From Macrostomum lignano (taxonomy: Eukaryota): a stretch of DNA of 64,000 bases. The stretch is from positions 1 through 64,000 of the forward strand of contig NIVC01000089.1 of NCBI GenBank assembly GCA_002269645.1, written 5' to 3'. The position numbers and the translations under genes are program-made. Numbering within the stretch: the stretch's first letter is position 1; each line of letters starts with the position of its first letter. This document shows, piece by piece, positions 55,051 through 64,000 of this stretch. The notes below the pieces were generated by a model. That model did no database searches. It was not told the origin of the DNA and saw only the letters and a list, made by a program, of their open reading frames with translations.

Positions 55051-55990
55051 CGCTAAGCCTATAAACTCTTACTCCAGCCCTATAGCCCAGGCTTAACTTA
55101 AATCCATCTTAAACCTTTTCATTCCTAAATCTAAACCGTACATGCGGCAGGCAACTGTCGCCCTCCCGTGCGTCAAGTTTTTATTTAATTTTATCCTTGG
55201 TCATCAATAATAGAAGATTATATTACGCTGAATAGCTCGAATAGTACGAGTAAAAAGTGCATGGTGTACTTCAGGATAAAAAATTTAAGCTATTTTCATA
55301 TTCTGATGGAGTGCATATCCGATTGGGGAATGGCGCAAGCATCTGCATTGGGGTAAGCGGGGCTGGAGCGTGTACATTGATGCGTGTGTGTACAGTGGTG
55401 CATCCTGCTCAGTGGCGGGCGCGAGCTGCAGATGTGGACTGTAGAATAATTTTGAAACAGCATTGCATTGCTCCAATGTTAGAAAGAATTATAGCTAAAA
55501 ATTTTGTCAAAAGATTACATACCACAATAAATATAGTAACTATAGTAGTCAATAATGCACAGAAATAGACGATAATGCTTGAACTTCGATGCGTTGTCAT
55601 TGAGGAATATGCTTGAAGCGAGAAGTTTTAAAGGAAACGAGTGGCCACGGCAATGAGGCTGTGTACTACTATTAGTAGTTTTTTGGGTCATCGTGAACCA
55701 TCTGATATCCAGTAATTGCAGCTGTTTATTAAACAGTAGGAATGGTGCTAATTCTAAATAACTATGAATAGTAAGTATGATTAATAGGAAAATTTTAGAG
55801 GATTAATTTCTTGGAAAGCTAGATATTTTAAACTCAAACTTGCGCCAAAAGTCGTTAATCGCTCTACATTTCATTTCTATAGCGCTTTTTGGCGCGAATT
55901 CGATCTCAATCCATCCGAGCATTGGGAACTGCAGTCGGAAGAGTATTTTCTGTCATGGATTTGATTGACAATTGTCTGTCACGTCGAGGG

Positions 55991-58900
55991 TTACTTGAGA
56001 AACCGCCGGCTGACGCTGCTGCTGTCGATGAGGTCGGCATTCTCGGTGGAGCAGTCCAGCACGATGCGGCCGCGGGTGGACAGGATCAGCATTTCGTTCA
56101 TCACCTCCTTGAACTTGCGCTGAAAAATATAATACAAATCCAATTGAATGAATTTTGATAAGAGTACAAACTGGTCCTCAAATTCCATTGGCTTGTGAGT
56201 TTCAAGGTCATTTCTATTTTTAGAAATTTTTACTAGCAACACCCCCTACACGCCGCCAGCACGTGACTGAAGACCTTAGGGAGGGGAGGCAATAAAATTC
56301 CCGCTAGAGTTAGTCAATTTGCTAGTTAAGTTGCTGCAGTCTGCTATGACAGCGGCTCGAGTGAATATGGATTCCTAATTTAATTTAATTGGCTTTTATC
56401 ATCAACTTGACTGAAGAAGCAATGCATGATCAGAAATAAAATACTCGTGGCTCTTTTTACGGTCAAGGTCAATACATGGACAACTAGAGTTGTCCATGGG
56501 TCAATAAGGAGAATAACTCATAGTTGGTTACGCAATCAAACCTTTTTCCTTTTGGCCAGTAGCGCGCATCGGTAGACAAATTCCATGATGGACAGGATAA
56601 CGCCGAACACCGTGCCGACAATCAGGATGTAGAACAGACCGATCACGCTGCGCAGTTCGAGAGACTGAGCCGAGCTTTTCTGCAAACAGTTCACAATTGG
56701 TTCTCTACGGTTGGGTTATGGTGGGTGAGTCATAATCAGCATGTCGAACTTCAGCTACAGACAGGGAACACTCCTGCAGTTACAGACAGGGACACTCCTG
56801 CAGTTACAGACAGGGACACTCCTACAGTTACAGACAGGGACACTCCTACAGTTACAGACAGGGACACTCCTGTATAGTTACAGACAGGGACACTACAGGT
56901 ACAGACAGGGACACTACAGGTACAGACAGGGACACTACAGGTACAGACAGGGACACTACAGGTACAGACAGGGACACTACAGGTACAGACAGGGACACTA
57001 CAGGTACAGACAGGGACACTACAGGTACAGACAGGGACACTCCTGCAGTTACAGACAGGGACACTCCTGTAGTTACAGACAGGGACACTACAGGTACAGA
57101 CCGGGACACGACAGGTACAGACAGGGACACTCCTGTAGTTACAGACAGGGACACGACAGGTACAGACAGGAGAATTTGCACTATCCGGAGGAGATTTATC
57201 AAAACATTTCTAAGCCCCAACCACAAATTTAGGAATCGTATTTCGAACAGACTACTCAAAGTAGTTAAATAAAATCGCGGTTTTCCAGAAGACTTACCTT
57301 GGAGTCCTGATTTTGATCCTGGCACTTGCTGGCATCCCACCAGGTGGATTTGAGCCGAGTGATCTCGCCTTTCTCCTTGAACTGCAGCACCTTCAGGTTG
57401 ATGATCTCCCGCAGGTCGGATCCGCTGGGCGTTGCTATGCCGTAACCGCGGCCGCTGTCAAGGTTGCTGCCCACCTTGATTGTGCGGCAGTTCTCCTGCG
57501 AATAGTACTCATTCATGGTGCTCTCCAGCAGGAACGCGTAGTCATTGTTGGAGTTCAGCACACGGTCCACCCCCTCCTTGACCGTGTTCACGAACACGTT
57601 CGGGTTGGCCTCCATGAACTGCCACATTCGACGGAATTCTTGCACGCTCGAGTTCTGCGTGAGTGAGGCGCGTGATGTTAGATGTGTGAATGAGGTGCGT
57701 GAATGAGGTGCGTGAATTAAGATGAGTTAATGAGGTTCGTGAATATAAGATGTGTGAATGAGGTGCGTGATAATAAGATGCGTGAATGAGGTGCGTGAAT
57801 GTAAGATGCGTGAATGAGTTGCATGAATGAAAAAAATGTGAATGAGGTGCGTGAATTAAGATGAGTGAATGAGGTGCGTGAAAATAAGATGTGGGAATGA
57901 GGTGCGTGGATGCAGGATCCGTGAATAAGTTGCACGAATACCCTGTGTGAAGGAGGTGCGTGAATTAGTTTCATCAATGAGGTTCGTGAATAGGAGGAGC
58001 GTGAATGATGCGCATATGTCTGACTGTGTGAATCATGTACGTGAATTAAGCTTAAATCAAGTAATTAAGTATGATCATTTACTATATATAGGTGTCTAGC
58101 TTTTTGAACAGGATATTTTAACTGGCTCGTAGATAAACTCGTTTAAAGAATGAACCATTTTAACGATTGATTTTGTAAAGATTACCGTGAATGACATTCA
58201 GTCAAAATTGGTGAACAATTGAGCTCACCCTGAAGAACTCCTTGGACGAGCCGGCGTTCACCACACCGTACTTGATCTTGGTCTGCTTGGCCAGGTCCTC
58301 GTACGACTGGATTGGGGTGGACATTCGCTCCACGGTGAGGAAGGCGGCGAGGTTGGCCGTGTAACTGCTGACTATGATGAGGGTGAAGAACCACCACACG
58401 CTGCCCACGATGCGGCCGGATAGGGACCTGCGGGAGATTGGCCAATTGTCTGCATCTTCTTCCAGACTCATTATCTTCATCTCCTCACAGACCCATTAAC
58501 TTCATCTCCTCACAGACTCACTATCTTCATCTCCTCACAGATTCATTATTTTCATCTTCTCACAGACTCGTTATCTTCATCTCCTCACAGATTCATTATT
58601 TTCATCTTCTCACAGACTCGTTATCTTCATCTCCTCACAGACCCATTACCTTCATCTCCTCACAGACTCATTATCTTCATCTCCTCACAGACTCATTATC
58701 TTCATCTCCTCACAGACTCATTATCTTCATCTCCTCACAGACTCATTATCTTCATCTCCTCACAGACTTATTATCTTCATCTCCTCACAGACTCATTATC
58801 TTCATCTCCTCACAGACTCATTATCTACATCTCCTCACAGACTCATTATCTTCACCTCCTCACAGACCCATTATCTTCATCTCCTCACAGACTCACTATC

Positions 58901-61900
58901 TTCATTTCCTCATAGACTCACTACAGCACCCACTGCACCCACAGCACCATTTGTTTCACCTGGGCGAGATGTCGCCGCCCTGCTGCATGAAGGCGCTCAG
59001 CGTGAACCAGAGCGAGTTGAAGATGCTGAAGTCGTTGGTGACCTTGTCGGCCTTGTCCGACTCCTGGTTGAGGTGCCACTCGTACGGGCTGAACCGGCTG
59101 ACTACGAACAGCACCACGCTGACGCCCAGATAGGCGAACGCGATGCACATCCAGATCTCCTTGGACAGCGGCTTCATGAAGCCGAACTGGTCAGACTCCG
59201 GGTTGGTGGGCTTCAGGAACATGATGCTCAACCCCACCTCCATGTAGGGCGTGGAGAAGTCCACGACTTTCTCGCGTTTGGACGTGATGGTCAGCGGCGC
59301 CACGGCGATGTCGGCCTCCTGTTGACAGGTGCATGGAGATACTGGTTGGGGTTGCGTGGCTCTGGGCGAGACACCAGTTGGGGTTGCGTGGCTCTGGGCG
59401 AGACACCAGTTGGGGTTGCGTGGCTCTGGGTGAGACACGAGTTGGGGTTGCGTGGCTCTGGGTGAGACACCAGTTGGGGTACGTCGATACGGTGAGAGAG
59501 ACGGCATTTAGGGCATGGTGAGATACCGGTCAGGGTATGGCGAGAGACACCGGTTAGGGTATGGTGAGACACTGGGACACTATTTTGAGAAAGTTTCAGA
59601 TACCTACCGCTCATATTTAGTCGAAAAAGCTTCCACAGTCCTCCCCACTCTGACTCACCAATCGGTACAGCTCTCCAATCATGCCATTCCAGGTGTCGTT
59701 GACGCTGTCGTCTCCGTATTTGCCGTCGGCCACCGGCTTGATGACGTAATCAAATCCAATGTCCTTGGCCAGCAGCTTGATGAGATCAGCGCAAAAGCCG
59801 ACAAATCTGTCGTTTCCAACGAGCGGGGTGCCGTCCAGAGAACTGTTCTGACGAACCATGAGGAACGGCTCGCCAAGGATGCTGGTTACTATGCGGGTCC
59901 GGTTGCTGAACGGCAGGTGAAACCCCTTGCGCGATTTCGAGTAGTTTCGGGTGAGGCGGAACTGACCGTTCGACCAGATGCTGATCTGCAAGGGAACGCG
60001 GATTTTGCGAATCAACACCGGGAACCGGACACACCGGGAATTGGACACACCGGGAACCGGACACACCGGGAACTGGACACACCGGGAATTGGACACACCG
60101 GGAACCGGACACACCGGGAACTGGACACACCGGGAATTGGACACACCGGGAACCGGACACACCGGGAACTGGACACACCGGGAATTGGACACACCGGGAA
60201 CCGGACACACCGGGAACCGGACACACCGGGAACCGGACACACCGGGAACCGGACACACCGGGAACCGGACACACCGGGAACCGGACACACCGGGAACCGG
60301 ACACACCGGGAACCGGACACACCGGGAACTAGACACACCGGGAACCGGACACACCGGGAACCGGACACACCGGGAACCGGACACACCGGGAACCAGACAC
60401 ACCGGGAACTGGACACACCGGGAACCGGACACACCGGGAACTGGACACACCGGGAACCGGACACACCGGGAACCGGACACACCGGGAACTGGACACACCG
60501 GGAATTGGACACACCGGGAACCGGACACACCGGGAACCGGACACACCGGGAACCGGACACACCGGGAACCGGACACACCGGGAACTAGACACACCGGGAA
60601 CCGGACACACCGGGAACCGGACACACCGGGAACCGGACACACCGGGAACCAGACACACCGGGAACTGGACACACCGGGAACCGGACACACCGGGAACTGG
60701 ACACACCGGGAACCGGACACACCGGGAACCGGACACACCGGGAACTGGACACACCGGGAATTGGACACACCGGGAACCGGACACACCGGGAACCGGACAC
60801 ACCGGGAACCGGACACACCGGGAACCGGACACACCGGGAACCGGACACACCGGGAACCGGACACACCGGGAACCGGACACACCGGGAACCGGACACACCG
60901 GGAACCGGACACACCGGGAACTAGACACACCGGGAACCGGACACACCGGGAACCGGACACACCGGGAACCGGACACACCGGGAACCAGACACACCGGGAA
61001 CTGGACACACCGGGAACCGGACACACCGGGAACTGGACACACCGGGAACCGGACACACCGGGAACCGGACACACCAGGAACCGGACACCCCGGGAACCGG
61101 ACACACCAGGAACTGGACACACCGGGAACCGGACACACCGGGAACCGGACACACCGGGAACCGGACACACCGGGAACCGGACACACCGGGAACCGGACAC
61201 ACCGGGAACCGGACACACCGGGAACCGGACACACCGGGAACCGGACACACCGGGAACCGGACACACCGGGAACCGGACACACCGGGAACCGGACACCGGG
61301 AACTCACCGGCTGCAGTTCGCTACGCACGCCGGCCTCAATGCCCTGGACGCGGTAGTTCTCTCTGTAGCCGGCCTGGTCAAATTGCACCCAGCCCGTCAC
61401 GCCCGGGAATCCGGACACGCGGCCCTTAAACACGGCGGTGATATTCTCGGCCGGAAAGGCCGGCGTCTCCGGCGGCATGCAGGCCTCCTTGTGGTCTCGA
61501 GAGTTCCGTCTTTGAGGCGTCAGCTTCTGGTGAGCCTTGAAGAAGGCCGAGAACCCGTCGATCATCAGGGCGACGGAGAGCTGCGGGGGAGGGACGAACG
61601 TCGGCTCGTGAAAGCGGCCTTCAAATCATTTACTCGTTGGGAGGTGGCGACGCAAAGTCGGAATGAATTTACGCCAGTATTAGGAGGCCAAAAAATCGTT
61701 TCAAAGTACGAGTACAAAAATTAGCGATAAAAGTACTTCCCGTAGCATTGTTAGACGTTGCATTAATTTGACAATTGACAAGCTTGCAAGCTGAAAGCGG
61801 AGCCAAGCTAAAGTACATTGTGTGCTTTCTATACTGGGATGGGGTCAGAGTACGAGCTTAGCGGTATGTCTGAGGATGAGAAAGTGTAAGGGTTTGCGTG

Positions 61901-63024
61901 CTCAGGGGTGACTGCCAATGATTTCGGTTAAGGATTGAAATTAGGTTAGGTTTAATTCTCTTTTATCGCTTTGCTTCCTATTTAAGCGACATAGGCACAC
62001 AACCGGCGAGAGGCATTACTGCCCATTCCGCCGACTCCCCTGAGCAGGCACACAAGCGCGCGGATACGTACACAGTCATACGCAGAGGCACAAACTCACA
62101 CAGGAGTGTACAGCGGCCCTAACTTTATTTATCGTTAGGCATGTACACTTCACTGTGCCTTGGTGGTTAGTCATCAAAGGGCGTTTAACTGCACGAGCAG
62201 AGCCAAGCCGAGATTCCAGTTTAGCCCGAAATGAATGCGACTGCACTTGGAATCGAGCCTGGGCCGCTGGCACATCAGAGCGCTGCGCCAGACCGCTAAG
62301 CTACGGCCCCCTTAGGTTTAATGTTAAAATTTTTTAGTCGTAGGGCTATATTGGCGGTCAAATACTGGCAGTCAAAGGTCACTGGCAGTCAAATGTCCCT
62401 GACAGTCAAATTTCACTGACAGTCAAAGGTCACTTGCAGTCAAAGGTCACTGACAGTCAAAGGTCACTGGCAGTCAAACATCACTGGCAGTCAAAGGTCA
62501 CTGACAGTCAAAGGTCACTGACAGTCAAATGTCACTGACAGTCAAATTTCACTGACAGTCAAAGGTCACTGGCAGTGAAATGTCACTGACAGTCAAATGT
62601 CACTGGCAGTCAAATGTCACTGACAGTCAAATGTCACTGGCAGTCAAAGGTCACTGACAGTCAAAGGTCACTGACAGTCAAAGGTCACTGACAGTCAAAG
62701 GTCGCTGACAGTCAAATGTCACTGGCAGTCAAATTTCGAAGATCTCAGCGGAATGGACATGTCTGCTTGCCTTGATTTTCCCAAATCACCCCCACAGAAT
62801 CTTCTACATCTATCTAGCAAAGAAAATTCTGTGCTCACCGGCACAATGCGGCTGCTGGGGTCGAGCTTGTCCAGGGCCGTCGGGTAGGCCCTTAGCCTGG
62901 CGTCCGAGAACCAGAATTCATCTCTGAAGCGGGCGAATGTTGGATCGGAGAAGTTCAACACGGTGAAGCCCGTGATGTTCACGCCGCCGTGAAGGAACAT
63001 CGTCTGGTTCACCTCGTTGATGTC
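55991..63024 (-). CDS. Ionotropic glutamate receptor, AMPA/kainate type (5' part outside window)
   Basis: Exons 63024-62839, 61580-61308, 59985-59659, 59318-58960, 58427-58229, 57654-57298, 56679-56542, 56119-55991 with compatible phases. Motifs [74 protein letters not shown] and an M4 helix. Confidence 0.96.
56755..57168. repeat. 21/24-bp array ACAGACAGGGACACT.. in an iGluR intron
   Basis: Direct tandem repeats. Confidence 0.94.
57680..58005. repeat. Degenerate array (about 26 bp) GTGAATGAGGTGCGTGAAT..AAGAT in an iGluR intron
   Basis: Imperfect tandem repeats. Confidence 0.8.
58465..58918. repeat. 25-bp array CACAGACTCATTATCTTCATCTCCT in the iGluR intron after the M2 exon
   Basis: Direct tandem repeats. 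Confidence 0.95.
59345..59480. repeat. 32-bp array GTTGGGGTTGCGTGGCTCTGGGYGAGACACCA
   Basis: About 4 tandem copies. Confidence 0.92.
60014..61307. repeat. 16-bp array ACCGGGAACCGGACAC filling an iGluR intron
   Basis: About 80 copies, starting at the minus-strand donor. Confidence 0.97.
62005..62311 (-). mobile_element. tRNA-derived SINE
   Basis: Minus-strand head GGGGCCGTAGCTTAGCGG (A box TAGCTTAGCGG) ..GGCTCGATTCC (B-box-like); body shares GCCGCTGTACAC and GTCGGCGGAATGGGCAG with 45258-45445. Confidence 0.65.
62358..62737. repeat. 17-bp array CACTGACAGTCAAAGGT in an iGluR intron
   Basis: Direct tandem repeats. Confidence 0.94.
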
Positions 63025-63129
63025 CTTCAAATGTGATTTGTTTGCGGGTGGAAAAGCTTGACAGTTATTGAATTGAATTGTTATTTATTGATAGCAATAA
63101 CGATAGGGCCTCATAAAAGAGCGCCAACA

Positions 63130-64000
63130 TGGATGTCAAAAGCGTTAAATTGGATGTCAGGGGTGATACGATGAAGGATGTCAGGGGTGATACCATGACG
63201 AATGTCAGGGGTGATACCATAAAGGATGTCAGGGGCGATACCATAAAGGATGTCAGGGGCGATACCATAATGGATGTCAGGGGCGATACCAGAACTGGAA
63301 GTCAGGGGCGATACCATAATGGATGTCAGGGGCGATACCATAATGGATGTCAGGGGCGATACCAGAACTGGATGTCAGGGGCGATACTAGAACTGGATGT
63401 CAGGGGCGATACCATAATGGATGTCAGGGGTGATACCATGAAGGATGTCAGGGGCGATACCATGAAGGATGTCAGGGGTGATACCATAAAGGATGTCAGG
63501 GGCGATACCAGAACTGGAAGTCAGGGGCGATACCATAATGGATGTCAGGGGCGATACCATAATAGATGTCAGGGGCGATACCAGAACTGGATGTCAGGGG
63601 CGATACTAGAACTGGATGTCAGGGGCGATACCATAAAGGATGTCAGGGGCGATACCATAATGGATGTCAGGGGCGATACCAGAACTGGAAGTCAGGGGCG
63701 ATACCATAATGGATGTCAGGGGCGATACCATAATGGATGTCAGGGGCGATACCAGAACTGGATGTCAGGGGCGATACTAGAACTGGATGTCAGGGGCGAT
63801 ACCATAATGGATGTCAGGGGTGATACCATGAAGGATGTCAGGGGCGATACCATGAAGGATGTCAGGGGCGATACCATGAAGGATGTCAGGGGTGATACCA
63901 TAAAGGATGTCAGGGGCGATACCATAAAGGATGTCAGGGGCAATACCATAAAGGATGTCAGGGGCGATACCATAATGGATGTCAGGGGCGATACCATAAA
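63130..64000. repeat. 24-bp array GGATGTCAGGGGCGATACCATAAT (continues off window)
   Basis: Direct tandem repeats. Confidence 0.96.

Noticed and set aside
55250-55460. Link between GTGTACA motifs here, the SINE core and the 37-bp array at 53085
   Set aside because: Only 8-10 bp matches; not enough to claim homology by eye.
58428-58990. ADAR Q/R editing site with an intronic complementary sequence
   Set aside because: The genomic CAG is present, but the downstream intron is a simple 25-bp array with no complement to the exon.
62245-62311. Possible tRNA gene
   Set aside because: A and B boxes are present, but I could not fold a full cloverleaf, and it continues into a body shared with other copies, so it is treated as a SINE head.

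Overview
Eukaryotic (animal) genomic DNA with GT-AG introns. The minisatellite-packed introns, GC-rich exons and TTAGGG motifs suggest a Macrostomum-like flatworm; this is an inference and is not proven. About 1-20.9 kb and 35.2-42.1 kb are AT-rich, CpG-depleted transposon graveyards. They hold a frameshifted DDE transposase, a CACTA/EnSpm fossil, Helitron-like ends, a near-complete mariner, hAT-type MITEs, an RTE-like 3' fragment and satellites. Four + strand genes are present: MED7 (with an acidic tail), a Spartin/SPG20 homolog that seems to lack its senescence domain, OPA1 (9 exons, one apparent 1-bp deletion) and FBXO38. The 3' part of an AMPA/kainate-type glutamate receptor lies on the - strand and runs off the right edge. 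About 22 of 25 complete introns carry a tandem array, mostly intron-private, and several arrays start at the splice donor with the duplicated donors disabled. Other leads are a possible MED7-Spartin-OPA1 operon, a strong CpG-deamination footprint and RTE-like insertions with very long target duplications. All work was done by eye: repeat boundaries are approximate and no database searches were run.
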